This document shows positions 50,133 to 64,000 of a DNA stretch of 64,000 bases, piece by piece. The stretch lies in contig CM120640.1 in NCBI GenBank assembly GCA_051362555.1, positions 35,793,967-35,857,966 of the forward strand. The letters are read 5' to 3'. The position numbers and the translations under genes were made by a program. Position 1 is the stretch's first letter; the number at the start of each line of letters is the position of its first letter. The notes beneath the pieces were generated by a model. The model had not been told where the DNA came from, did not search any database, and saw only the letters and a program-made list of their open reading frames with translations. This DNA comes from Lingula anatina (Eukaryota > Animalia > Brachiopoda).

Positions 50133-53100
50133 ATGGAAGATCAAGATGACGCCGAGGGTCAGCAACCAGGTGATCTGACCTCCGTTGCCCCATCTAGTCT
50201 CGAAAGATCGTAAGTACTAGCATCTCCCTTGTGTTTTTTAAGATGTGCACCTAAAATTGCAATATATTTTGGTTGCATTAACGCCACCGTCGTGCAGAAA
50301 TCTCTGCTTAAAGTAAGACACTTTCAGGAGACGGTGCCCTTGTTTGGCTTTCATTGATTGTGTTGACAAAGTTGAGGAGCGGCATCGTCCACACTCACAG
50401 CGTATTTGCACCTGAGATTAGTTTGGGGTGTACTTGCTTTTTTATTTTTTGATTATATTTCTATGAAACTTGCAATCGAGACTGATAACAAGCAGATTTA
50501 TGTTATTAATTATTTTGTTGCGAACTTGTTGATCTGAACTTTACGGTGACAATGTGTTCCTTGGTGAAAAGAAATTACTTTTTTTTCTTTCTCTTTTTCT
50601 TTCTTTTTTGCCTATTTTATGTAAGGCAAGGATCACGAAGTGTTAAAGATAACATTGTTTACTGAACTGTATTCATCAGTATAACAGCAGTTGTAAATAC
50701 CAAATAAACTTTGGACTTCTGCTAACTACATTGTTTGATAACACAAAGCATAATTACAAAAAAACATCCTAGTTAAAAGAGGATGAAAAGAATATGTATC
50801 ATCTATGGGGAACTTTGAAGGACACAATTCTGATTTAAATTCTATTTGGTAGCTGCAGCATGCATTTTTGTAACATCGTTAAAGTTGTTTGCTGACAATG
50901 TAGCCCCAGTGTAAACAACAAACATTTAAACAAACATAAACTCTACCAAAATGCATATCAATATGACTTGTGTTGTATGTGTCTGTGTTATTTCATTTCA
51001 TTATTTTGCATGATACTAGCTTTTTTTTTCAAAGTATAATTTGTTGTTTTTGATGGCATTCTATATTTCAGGCCTGGAAATGACTTAACAAAAGACAAAA
51101 ATGAAAATTTCTTTGAGGAAGAATCCCCCTTAAATTCAATGGATATAGAATCTGCCGACCCCTTGGCTCATTACAATTTTAACAATGTATACAGTGGCAG
51201 GCTGGCCAAGCAGGAGAAATTGCGGAGTGTGCGGGGAAAAAAAGAGCCCAGAGACAAACTTTTAGCAAAAACAAAACTCAAAGACATAAATACAGTGGAC
51301 CAGGGGGATGCAATAACCAATCCTGAAAAAGATGAAAGTCCTGACAGGTTCAATATTCAAAGGAGAAAACATAAACTGCGAAAAACCTCCAGAAGTCTTG
51401 AAAGAGATCGAAAAAGTACATCACACGTAGAAGGACCACAGATGCTAGCAAAGCAAGAGCCATTAAAAGTAGACTCTCCAAACAGATTTTTATCACTTAA
51501 TTCAAAACCGGTGACAAATGTGCCTCATGAAAACAGTGCCTCTCCTCTTGAGCCTTTGCGTAGTTATCAACGAAGGCAGCTCTCTCATCATCCTGAGGAA
51601 TGCCCTCCTGACAGAGTTTCATTTCATGAAACTTTTAAATTGTTGGTCAATATGGGGACCAAACCAACAAAAGAAGGAAAGAGAGAAAAGAAAGACTACA
51701 ACAGACAAATTAGCTCAGAGCAGGAGATCTGGCAAACAAAATTAAACGATCTTGTATGGCTGGAACTGCAGGCTTGGCATTGTGCAAGAACAGTGAAAGA
51801 ACAGGATATTTACCTGTGCAAAGAGAGAGAAAAAGTGGAAACTTCATTACAAGAAATCATGAAATTTATGTTTACAGAAAATGAATCAGCTAGAAGCTTA
51901 TCAAGTGAAGGTGACTTACCCGCCTACATGTGGACCCAAGAGCACATATATAGACAACTGGAGGCCATAGAACAGGTTACAGAGCAACTAGAAAAGTTAG
52001 AACATATAGAACAGCTTTTTCCCACAACCAAGGCTCTGGGTAAAGAGTCAGATCTCTACTCCTCTGTGGAGTTCACACACAAAGTGAACACCCTGTACGT
52101 GTGGTTGAATGTGACAAAAGAACTGGGTCATGCCCTGAATGTAGCCACCAAGGTGCTGGGAGTGTATCAGGACATTGGTATAAGATGGCCGAGAGTTGAA
52201 TATGAAGACCCAAGTGCACTGCAGACTGGCATTGGTGATGATAGTGATGATGACGATGAAGAATATGAGGATGAAGATGATGAAGAAGATGAGTATGCCA
52301 CTGATGAGGGACAGGAAATAGATTCTGCCGGAGACCCAGCTGGCTCTGACGGCAGTAGAAGAGGTGCAGGCAATAGGCCAAGAAAGATTAAGAACGTGCG
52401 GTTCAGCTTGGACAATCATTCTCGACCCCAATCCCCTGAAGATCGGTTAGCCCCACCGGTGACTAGCTCCACGCCTGTCAGCAGTGGTGTCATCAGTCAT
52501 TCCAGTTCCGTCTCCAGCTTGTCGCGAACCTCCAGCGAAGTCAGCCTTACTGACCAGACCAGTACCTCCATGTACAGACCATTTGCCGATAAAAATCTCA
52601 AGAAAATGGGGATGAAAAAATTGGTGATGCGACTCAAGGATTTATTGGATGGGACCCTGCACAGAGCAAAGAGAGCCTTAGAAGGACCGTCTCGGTTTAA
52701 TTCCATGGAAAACTCTAAGGTAAGGCTTAAGTTTGTATGTATTCCATTAGCTCCATCAGGATAAAGAGTGATAAGTAAATGTTGATAAGTGGGATGAGTG
52801 AGCTGTTAAGTGACTTAAGTGTAGCAGGTGTGTAATATGATTGACTTTAGGTAGGATGTATTGATTTGCTTGATATATCCAGAGAGTGGTGTCAATTTTA
52901 TGACAGTTAGTTCAGCCACCAGTCAGTGAGGAAAGAAAATAACTGTGATGAAAAATAAATCATTTTTATAGAGGTTAAATATGTTTTTTCTACCCATGAA
53001 GCATGACATTTGGACTCTCTCAATGATGAAAGGTTGAAACATCCTGCCTCCTAGGTAGAAAACCAAAACACAGGATTACAAATTCAGTTTTATTTACCTT

Positions 53101-56100
53101 AAATAAAAATTTTTTATGGTTTAAAAAAAAATCAGCATTTTTTGATATTTTTCTACATATTTAATTGCAATACTTTTTATGAATAATAGACATATTTTTT
53201 GTTTTTTTTTCAACATCAAATCTTTTATTATTTTCCAAATTTTATTATAATCATATTGCTATAAGTCAACACTTTTTGGAGAACTAGAGTCCAGTTTTTT
53301 TTTTTTTTTTTTGCTGTGATACATCAAATTGTATGAAATCAATTGTACTTTTTATTCCAGGGTGGCATTCAGCTAGGTGATGAGGTGGCAGTGATGACCC
53401 ACTCTCCGTCTTGGGACCTCTCTCCAGAAGTCATGCAACTTCTTGGGTTAACACGTGATCGGAGGTCCAGTCTCCCCATACAGGGAGCATGGAGTGATGG
53501 TTTTGACAACATGAAATTACCCTCATTTCGCCCAGCATATTTATTCTTAGTTCGCGTGCCTTTGGATGTCATCCATGAGTGCTTGCGCCTGAGGCTGGAG
53601 CAGAGGATTCTGGGAAAGGACCCATCTTTATTGAGCATAAAACAGGTATGAAATATGTGTTAAATTGACCTTTTGGTATCCACTCTTGCATACCAAGTGG
53701 AAGACCATGATTTAATGGATATGAACATTTTATTGAATTTCCTCTGGAGTTTGACTTGTAAGTTTTTTAATTTTGCTTTAAAAAGTTCATTTGCTGGCAG
53801 TATTCTGGACAGTTGCTTAAAACAAAACCCATGTTTGATAGAACCAAGTCTAGGTCATTTCAAGTAAATGCTATCTAGTCTACTCCACAGACTTTGTTCA
53901 ATAAAAATCCTGTTATTACATCACTGCCTAGGTCATGACTGTTATTTGGCACTTTCCATTATAAAATAGCAACTTTCTCTGAACTAGACTTGAACTAAGG
54001 TTCCCATCTCTCTTGGATCACAGTATACATAGTATTGCTATATGTAGTTGTCTCAAGGCAAAATGCACTGATTGTTAATGGGACTGTCAGGTAAAATAGC
54101 ATTTTTCATTACTGAAGTAATAAACTTAACTAGACTGGCATCAGTGTAAGGTTGTTGAAATGTTTCCATATCTAACAAAATTGGGTAATATTCTAACTTA
54201 TGGGTAGTTCAACTAGATATATAAGCATAGTGCGTTATATTAATTCATTTCATGATACTATTTACTTTTTTTCATGTTTTTGCGGTACCCCCCCCCCCAA
54301 AAAAAAAAAAAAACAAGGTGATTTATTGAAAAATCTCTGAAAAACAAAATTTTAGGATACTGTAACTAATTAGCACATCTAGGTTTGCAGGGTTTGCATA
54401 AATTGGTAAATTGATACATCTTCCAGCATCACACATTGTTTTGCCAACTAATAGACATTTCCCTTATTGCGTATTGCCAGACTGAGAAGGAGTTGAAAAC
54501 ATATCACTGCATTTTACAGTTTCCATGGGAAATAGGATGTTAATTCTTTGTTATGTAACTGAAACCAAGGCCACAACTGTTTCAAGCTTGCAGGTTTGTT
54601 TTGTCAAGCCACGGGCGGGGTACTTCCCAAAAAAATAACCCCAGGTGAAGTAATCTCAGTTTAAATCTCACCAGGTAGTTGACCCTTATCACAGTCAGGT
54701 GTGCTGGTCTGAGGTGAAAACTGTGATTCAGATAAGGCTCTGTGCATAAACAAGTGCCTAGTACTGATATATCATGATTTACAATTCTTCTTTACTACTG
54801 ACAGTTTATTTGTTGATCTGATTATTTAATTTATTTATTATGGTTGATTTTATATTTGATTGTTTATCTATTGATATCTACTAAGATTTGATTATCCATT
54901 CATTTTTTTTATTATGTAGTGCATAAATTTTATTGATTTCTATGCTGGCTAATTCATTTGGCTTATTGTTTGTCTATAAGTTAATCTATTTATTAATATT
55001 ATTATCATTTTGTTCTTGTTCATCTTGCTAGTGTATTTTTAAGGGTATGAAGATGGTGAGAGGTAGCATGCTAATGAAGCAGTATTTAGGTTTTAGGATA
55101 TTAATCAATCTTACAATTATCATATAGATTTGTAGTTTAGACCTTTACTGTTGAAATTTAATCTTATTTCAATGTTCTAGTTAATACGTGAGTGCATGGA
55201 AGTGCTAAAGGCTGGTGTCCTGTTGAAGCAGTATTATCGTCACATGGTGGCAGCAGTAATGTGGGATGACATCCACGCAGAGGAAAAGTTTGAGATGGGA
55301 CTGGAGCAGTTTGATGCTGACATGAAGGAGATGTTAGAGGTACAAAACTAATGGTGTTTTGATCTGTTATTTAGGCAATTTTTTTTAGCTTTATATGGTA
55401 ACTGTTTTCTTGTGTTCTTGTTTTCTTGTACACAAGGATTATTGAGTAGGGTTTGGGCTATTTGTCATTTTAGAAAGGCTTGTTCATCACTCACTTCTTT
55501 ACTTTTTCACTTGTTTTTTTCCCTAACATTAAGAAATCAGGGGAAAAGAAGACAGCATTGCTCTAATTCTTAATGCAGTTTTCTCTTAAACAACCCATCT
55601 TTTCACCTATTTCAGGTCTACTTCAGCTACCTGCAAACCTGGATGTGTTCATTGCAAAACTTGCCAGAAGCTTCTAGAGCCCTTAGAAATGCTCTTGAAG
55701 AGCATTGGACATTCACCAAGGAAATTTGTGCCCATATCCTTGGGGGAGAGGCAGAGGCAGGGAAGAGATTTTGGTTGGTGAAATTGAAACAATTATAAAA
55801 TGAGTTTATTGAAATGCTTATTTTGAAGCACTAGATTAAATTTTGATGTTGAAAAAGCCTAATTAAGCTTTAAGTTTTCTCTGGTGAAGGTCTTGAACTG
55901 GTATGTTGTCTGAAAAAGGCAGATTTATGTAATCTTTTTTACTAGACTGTGAAATATGAAAGTCACAGCTTTCAGTCACAACAAAAAAAGTTGGTTGCTT
56001 TTCTGGCAAATTTAATTTTACTTACCATTATGCTAGTTTATGATAAAAATGACAGGAATTCTACTCTCCAATTTCAACCTGTCACAAGCTGTAAAAAATA

Positions 56101-59100
56101 ACAAATTAATTTTTTCTTTTAAAATAGCACCATGGCAAGTAGCCTCCTCAACTCCATAGCAGACTTTCTGGAGATTGGCATAGACGAGTGCATCCACAAC
56201 TATGACTCAACCATGGTAGAGTCCGTCTCCATGGAGCACTCCTCCTCAGAGGAGGAGGGGGAGGAAGAGCACACACTCAGGCATAATAGATCCACAGAAT
56301 TGAGGTAAGATAAGCACTGATTTCAAGATTCTAAAAATTAGAGGTGGAGTGGCTTGTTTTTAGTTGACTAGTATTTGAGAAACAAGATTTTAGTTTTGCA
56401 ACTTTTTGGTAACGGGATATTTAAGTTTATAAGTCAGCATGAGGACTAAGGATGAGGCAATCTTATTTCTTCATCACTTGAGATATCCTTGAGGATAATA
56501 CTGCAAAAAGGAGGAAATTAATAAATTTACCAATTTGCTGTTTGTGGGCAGGGAAGGAAGGGGAGTATTTATGAAACTCAGTGTTACTTTTATCCCAACT
56601 TTGAAAGTTGATATATTGAAATATTGTGATTCATATTCAGGCAAGGTATTATCAGAATATGCAGGGATATTAAGAATTTGTTCCATGAAGCTAGAGAGAG
56701 GGCAGCCAAGGCAGTAGGATTTGCCAAGATGCTTAGAAAGGTAGGTGAAGATAGCACATGGCTTCATGTTAATAGGGTGACAATGACTGGCTCCATAACA
56801 TACTCCATAATGCATATATTTAACACCCAAAAATTACCTTCTGAAATTATTTCCAAAAGATTTATATAACATATAATAATATAATGTTAAAATTTATTCT
56901 TTTTTAGAAAATATATTTTCTGTTCTATGTTACAGGAAAAAATAATTGGTTTTGATTTATTTCAGGATCTTGAGATTGCTGCAGATTTTAACATTCTAGT
57001 TGAACCAGCACAGCTGTTGGAGAAACTGAAGGAAACAGACCACATCAAGGTAATTAAGTCCAGAATCAGTCTGGATGTTGAAAAATAGTGCACAGACCAA
57101 TAGATAACCACTATGGTGTATCATCTCATAGTCAGGAACCTCAAAGATTCACAATTAAGTTTATAGATTTACTTTTATTATATTTATGATTTACATTTGG
57201 GTGGCCTCAGTGACCTTACATCAAGTAAAAAAGGTTACTGCAGTGGGAGATGTAAGCTTATATTTATTATAAACTGTTGTAGTTACATAAAAAGGCTTAT
57301 AGATTAAAGTCAGTTCATTCTTTCGTTAAATAATTCAATGTGTTAATCTTTAAAATTAACACATTGAAGAAACTCCATGCTCTTGCCATGTTTGCCTGTA
57401 TCAAGAAGATATTAGTATAGACCAAATCCTTACTTCCTGTTTTAGGTGAATGCCCCTGCCAATGCAGGCTACCTGATGTTTATACCACACCACATCAGTG
57501 AGGACAAAGAACAGATTCTACAGCTGCTGAATGTCACCTGTGGGAGAGAGGACATTCACCACTCATTCCCGGTGAGTATTTTGATGTTGACATATTTCAA
57601 ACACTGTAGGCACCCTGAAATGTACTTCCCGTTATAGCAAATTTTCATCTACTAGATGTGTTTTAGCTAAGTTTAGGCCACACTGTACAAAAAGCTTAAT
57701 TTCCTTTTTATTTACCTTGGGTCCAAAAAAATTGATTTCCCCAAAAATTCGGGTCACCATAATTAAATTGCTTTTCTGTTAAATGTTTTCTGTGCAAAAA
57801 CAGTGAAAATCTTAAGCTTCATTTCCCAAAATAAAGCTTTATTTTTTTCACTGTTTCTGTACCAAGGGCTTAAATTATTAGTAAAAATGCAGTGATGAAT
57901 GATTTTTCATGATGACAGAAGTTAAATCTTAATCGCTATCATCAGGTGGGCAAGGAGAGTCATGAAGGTTACCTGCTGCTGGTCCGGTGGGAAACTGGGA
58001 CGTGTGGCTGGGAGGGGACGTCAGTCAGGGTGGAGCCCACTGCTGAGACCACTATTGCCCTGTCCCATATTGAGGTGGGTTACTTGGCAGTGTCATGTTC
58101 TTTGATGGATTTTGGATAATTCTGCAACCCATTTGCATTTTCCATTTGTATAATGATCTGAATAAAAGAAACAGAGATAGAAAAGTATTACATAGGAAAA
58201 CATTGTCACAGTGACAGTGAGGACTAAGTATGTGTGGCACTGGATTTCATATCCAAGTTTAAAAAGAACTTTAATTTTGTATGGCTTATTTTGCATAGTA
58301 ATATATGAAGAAAAATATAGCTTTAGATTGGTCAAGAACATTTTGAACATTGCTCCTTTATTAGAAATATATTTTCTTTCTCTAGGTTGAAGGTCTGTTG
58401 TTGGTGGTCATCAACTCCTCACAGCTGCCAGCACAAAGGAAGAGCTTTAAAAGGAGCATGGGGTCTGCTGTGGAACTTGTCAACGAGCAGACGTCATGTC
58501 ATCAGGCCATCGCTGAATCCTTGATTGACCTGAAGGTGAGTGGTCAGTTTTGATAGCTTTGTACATAATATTTGTGGTGAAGATGGGGATTTGTTAAGGT
58601 TTTAACTTTAAAAAGACATACAATACACGTTGGGAAATGTCCATAAGTTGTATTTTTGTGTCTAAATACGTGGCAAAACTACTCGTCTTTTCTAATCCAG
58701 GCCTTACGAATGATAAAACCCTTCAAATAAAAGTACCTGATGTTGATATTTCCTGCTGAAATGTCAGGAAAACATGGTTGTCTTTATGAAGCATGATTCA
58801 TTTAGAACTTAACTTATTGACGTAACATCTAATCCAAGTGCAGGGACAGGTCAAGCAATAATCTTTGAGTTTGAGATTATTGCTTTCTTTCTGGAGGAAA
58901 ATTTGTTTAACTGATGTATAAGTTTTCTTACAAATCGGAATGTGATGTGTTTATATAGCTCTCCACTGCGCTACATTTATGATCACACTGACATCCAGTG
59001 TTATCCAGTGTTATTACATGTGTATGTAATTCCTTTGAATATACAATTGTGGTTGTGTTCATAATTTCAGACAACAGCCATGTATTTGAGGGAAAAGGTA

Positions 59101-62100
59101 GCAAAGGCCATAATACAGGTGGATGAGAAGCTGAATCTTGATGACATTTCAGAGAGGGAAGAAATGGAGAAATACAACATATTGAAGTTATACAGGGAAA
59201 CCATGCACCAATGCTATAACTTTGGATTTGAAGTAAGAAACATTAATTGAAAAAAACTTTTGGTTTCATTCTGTGGTGAATTGCAGGAAAATGTTTTTTT
59301 GTCATTTTTTTCAAAACAAACCAACAAAAACAAACATTGATTGATATTTGTGTTTGCCAAGTTATCTAATTTGAAAAGAAAAACAAGAATTTCTATCATC
59401 TTCACCAGTTATATGGTTTTTTGCCCACTTGTTTCCCCAGGGATAGATTTTAATGAGTTCTTGAGAGGGTTGACCTTTAGAAAAGCACAAATGAAAAACA
59501 CTTAATGAGGAGCTGTGAGGATTCTTTTCATTTGGGTCTAAACATTGCAATTTGTGGAAAGTTTGCCCTTTCTGAATTATTTCCTCTTTAGTATCAATAA
59601 CATTAATAATAATAATTAATAATAATAATTAAGAAATTAATAATGATAATTGACTGAAGAAAAAATCACATCATTCTTATAACTTAACACAGCTGATGAA
59701 ATTCTTCTCTGACAATAACGTTCCACAGTTAATAATATGCAGAAACTGAAATTTGATGAGAACAGTGTGGTTGTGCATGCCTGTGTGTGTACGTGTGTGT
59801 ACTGAATAGAATCAAACAATTCTATACATGGACAATAGCAATTTTTGATAAACAACAATTGATACAACGCCTGCAATGTGCATGACTGTTATCTCTCTTC
59901 ATGAATTTCAAGAATTTTTACACCAAGAAAAAATGGACACATTTACCAAATTCATTATTGTCGGTGTATGTTTGATTCCTCAATGTTTACGTGTCTTATG
60001 ATCTTTGGTTAGTACCACAAAGAAGTGACCAGGCTGGTGACAGGTGACGCCAGACAGAAGCTAGCACATGGCCTGATAAGTTTTGCCAAAGAATGGACCA
60101 AGTTTGTTACACAAAAATGTGAGAGAGGACGAGGAGTAAAACCCAGGTGAGCTTTACTGAAAACACAGTGGTCATGTGACACTTTATATTTCGTAGTTTT
60201 TTTTTTAATTTTTGCTTGAACTTAAATAGGTAAATATAAGTGTTAAATAAATAGTCAATTGAATGCAGTAGTGGTTTAAATAGCTTGCAAATAAGAATGA
60301 TGTCATAAAATTCAAGCTGTAGTTAAACACACAAAATTGTTTGCTTATACCTTCTTATATCAATCTTTATATGTCAGATGGGCAATGCAAGGACTTGAGT
60401 TTCTCACAGTAGCTTGTGAGGCCAGGGTTCTGGCCCTCCTGACAGAAGGTGAATTCTTGGTAGGTTCAAGTTGCATTTTCTAAAATTTAAGTAGTATGTG
60501 TAATCAATTGAGGTTGATTTCTTGTGATCGTGTAAGTTATACTAATCAATTAGTTGGAATTATTGATGTATTACATATATCTTATCAGATAACAGCACTT
60601 GTACCGATTACATATCATGAACACTATCTTTTATTTTCCCATATGGCCTTTATTGATTTTAGCTAGATTTATTTTGGTCTTTGGTTGACTAATGCCAAAT
60701 TTAATGCAACTTCATTATGTTTGGCTTTCATAGATTTTTTCTTTTTGATTTAATGATATAATTAGAATATATAGAAGTTTCTGAACTGTCTGTTCTATGC
60801 CATATAATGATTATTTTAGGATTTGAAGCACAGTATCAACAACTGCATATCCCATGTGATTGGCAGTTCTTCTGATAAAACGGGCAGTCCAAGTGAGTGG
60901 AAATAAATGGTTCTTTTTTTTTTTAACTTGTAACTTTCCTGTCCTGGTAACAACACGAAAGAGCTACTCAACTAACTTTCTGATGGGACTTCATAATGAA
61001 TGTTGTTAACTCCTTGGGTACTTGTAATCGTTCCTCTTCAAAAAAAAAAAAAAAAATTATAAATTCAGTTCTTATATACTCCATTACACATGTGTATCAG
61101 CATGGTTTACTATGGGTGCCTGATCATTTTTGGCTCTGATACAGACAGGGTGTTGACGCTCTTGCCTCCCTGAGGAGGATACAGCTCAGCTGCCGTCTGT
61201 GGTGCTGAAAGCTAACAACCAAACAGTATCCTTCACAGCCAGACCAGGAAGTTTACCCCTGCTTCTAAGCACACACAGAACAAAGTAACAAAGAAAAAAA
61301 TATTATACATATTTTCAGACTTTCGCACCAGCAGCCCAGACCCAGTGAATGCCCAGAGGAACGCCATGATCTACAGGAACCTGTCCTGTCCAGAGCCGGC
61401 ACCCTCCCCCAAGCCAATACGAACCCGCTCCGTGCTGAGTGACCCTGCCACGTCGCCTCACCCATCACAGTCTGACCCTTGGTTAGGTATGGGATCAGGG
61501 TCGTGTTTCATAGAGTTCTTTTTCTGTAAGGGATTTGTTCTTGGAATTTCTGTTTCAAATGCACAACAAAATTATCAAATGATAATGTAATTAATTTTTT
61601 TGCCTTCCAATGGCTTTTTGAAACAGATCTCAAGCTTCAACAGATAAGTCTGATTTTGTTTATGGTAAGTAATTGGCTACTAAATAACTGCATAGGGATA
61701 GAGCAGTTTGGGTTTTACTCTAGTAGTAAAATTAGAGACACATTATTGCCTGTATTGAGCCATGGGGCTATATCACATACATATTTCATAGAGAAGTTTC
61801 TTTTATCATGCAGAAAATCCCATTCTTCCTTTCATATCATTTTCCTATCAAGATGAGACCATTGGTTCAGAATATTGTAGCAATCGTAATAAGTTCACAA
61901 GATTTACATAATTTACTAAAAATTAAAATTCACACATGAAGAACTAGTCACAGGCAAAAAAAAAAAATTCAATGCTGCTCTACTGCTTATCAGAGGTGTT
62001 ATGTTTTATCATGTATGATATGATATATAACTAAATAGTTTCTATACTTCCCCCTAGGTGGCAACCCAGCAGCATCACCCAGTCGTGCTGTGGAAATTCA

Positions 62101-62664
62101 TGATGGAGAAAATGGTGGAATTGTTATGGATGTTCACGTCAGACCAAAAGGTGGGAAAACACATGTATCAAAGGATTATATTTTGCATTAATTGAGTCAG
62201 ATAGTGGATAAAACAGAACTTTTCCTAAATGATTTTAGAAAAGTCTACCCTGCAGCTTGTTTGGCTTAATGTGTCAGTTTCAGGTGATTTGGTTCAAATG
62301 TTATACTTTCTATTTAGACAGCTTACGTTTTTTCTTTTTGCAGTGCTTTGTTCCAAGATAATCACTGCATGCGTGTGATTTTATTTTCTTCACATTTTTT
62401 AATTACTGTAATATGAAATTTAAAAAAATCACATGAAATAGAAATGCATTATCAGTTTGGAAGTTTAAGAGGGAGAGGGAAATGATGTTGCGTGTAAAGA
62501 ACAAATTCAATATCAAGAATATACTGCAGTCAAATCTACCACTCCTAAGGTAGGTTAGATATTGACTTTGAATTCAATATCTTCGACTATTACAGGCCCA
62601 ATTTTAGAGAAAAGACATAGCATTGGAGCAATGAATTTCTCAGAGAAGGACAATCTGTATACAG
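50133..62664 (+). CDS. MAP3K4: Mitogen-activated protein kinase kinase kinase 4 (MEKK4/MTK1), N-terminal regulatory region; 3'-partial, kinase domain outside the window
   Basis: Phase-consistent exons: 50133-50209, 51072-52719, 53361-53645, 55181-55339, 55616-55773, 56128-56304, 56641-56740, 56966-57049, 57446-57571, 57946-58074, 58386-58535, 59071-59232, 60013-60146, 60378-60459, 60820-60892, 61319-61486, 62058-62150, 62596-62664 (last two less certain). Motifs DRVSFHETFKLLVNMG, DLVWLELQAWH, YRPFADKNLKKMG, LPSFRPAYLFLVRVPLDVIHECLRLRLE, LFHEARERAAKAVGFAKMLRKDLEIAA, YNFGFEYHKEV and CERGRGVKPRWA are characteristic of MEKK4. Confidence 0.92.
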
Positions 62665-63659
62665 GTGAAAACAGGATATAGTATACATGTGAAGTGTGGT
62701 AGAAAATATCTTAAGAAATGGGTCCTCATTTCATAAGTTTGTTCTTGATTTGAAATCTTCATATTTTCTTTCTGATCACTTGCTTCTTCTGTTTAAAAAT
62801 CTTCAGACTTTGTATTTCAAGTTTGAATTACTGTTGATGTCTGTACCACTCTTGGTGTCTTTGAAAAGGGAAATGAAAACGCTATGCATGCTTATATGTA
62901 AAACAATTTTATTGGTGTTCATGTTAAAAATATCATCGAAATCAAGGCTCATAGCAAGATTAATTACACCACCAGGAAAAATATTTAGAATAAGATTTGT
63001 TAAGAGTTGGAATGTTATACATGTGGATGTTCTGTGCATAAATCAATGTCTATATAGCATATTTGGATTTCCATGTGCTGTGTATATAATTTCCTGCCTT
63101 TCTGTTCATAAACACTGCACCTACTAATGTCAATGCACTGGACACAAAGGGCAATTACACTGTACATTAACTGTCATCTGTGGTATTCTGCACAGCTGCA
63201 CTTCATTAGCACATAATATAATTTTATAAGTATGTTATATGCATCACTCTTTTACAGCTTGGAGGAAGTTGCCATGCCAAATGCATATCTTATCCTCTGA
63301 TTTTTTTTTACCCTCCGCAACTTGGAGAATATGCAATGATTTTCCTGTTTTCACAAGAAAGATTTTATTGTAGCCAAGCACACAACTGCTATGACTAAAG
63401 CCATATACTAATTTAAAACTGTAAGACCATCACCTGGGCTAGGAAAGCTTACTTGGACATATTGTTTCCACGCAGAAGGCATGGTAGTTTTTGATGTCTC
63501 CTAATATTTAGTCTTCTTCTGTTTTTGCTTTTGATGTCCTCTAAGGTGTTGATAAATTAAAATGTTTTGTGCCTAAGTCAGACTTGTAGTACATCTCTAC
63601 TCTTTTTGTACTTTGAGAAAGGGTTTGTGACACTGAGTGAAATTTATATATCTTTTGTT

Positions 63660-63702
63660 TATGTATGTATGTATGTATGTATGTATGTATGTATGTATGT
63701 AT
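63660..63702. repeat. (TATG)n microsatellite
   Basis: Direct observation. Confidence 0.95.
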
Positions 63703-64000
63703 ATAATATGAATTAATATTTTAATATTTTTAGCCTTGTGTACTATGCAGATTGCTTTTCCATCTATTTGCTTGATGCCTGCATATGCTAACTTATGTAT
63801 TATAATTGTGTTGTCATTTTTGTAAGAAAAGTGAAACTATCTATCATATCTACAATACTTTATTTTATGGATTAAAGTCTTCAGAATGCCAATTAGAAAG
63901 ATAAATTAATATAAACATCAAAAATAAGCTTTGTCATTTGTTTGAAATAAAAAGTTCAAAGATAACGTTTAATTTTTCACAAAAAACTAATCTCAAGCAA

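Noticed and set aside
54590-54760. Possible structured RNA in a MAP3K4 intron (ATCACAGT/ACTGTGAT and short stems)
   Set aside because: Only one 8-bp helix plus competing 5-7-bp stems; not distinguishable from chance by eye.
61170-61213. Hammerhead ribozyme (CTGAGGA ... GAAA)
   Set aside because: Stem II cannot close directly between the two core motifs, and there is no matching stem I/III with a cleavage triplet.
62696-63127. 143-aa ORF as a MAP3K4 exon
   Set aside because: AT-rich, Leu/Phe/Ile-biased translation with no MEKK4 similarity and no convincing acceptor; probably intronic.

Overview
Eukaryotic, AT-rich, intron-containing invertebrate DNA. The repeat types resemble those of molluscs/lophotrochozoans (inference). 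I reconstructed four spliced genes by hand. (1) TTC28 (+): 5' exons lie outside the window; 14 exons at 8599-23919 encode a TPR array, a degenerate CHAT domain and an ~820-aa low-complexity tail. (2) Mitochondrial helicase Twinkle/TWNK (-): 14 coding exons at 26773-42560, 790 aa, one GC-AG intron. (3) An unrecognised 338-aa basic Pro-rich protein (-, 44694-46433) with RFX X-box-like motifs upstream. (4) MAP3K4/MEKK4 (+): from 50133, kinase domain beyond the window. Two Twinkle introns are filled with mobile DNA. One holds a ~6-kb non-coding TIR element inserted into a (CA)n tract, with about 11 AACCGAGGAC subterminal motifs and nested MITEs and satellite. The other holds a head-to-tail Helitron/Helentron-type (HINE) array with ~160-bp repeats. 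Several introns contain GC-richer fold-back islands, the clearest a ~205-nt rod in Twinkle intron 9. No prokaryotic systems, CRISPR arrays, tRNA or rRNA were seen. All homology calls come from recalled sequence features, not database searches.
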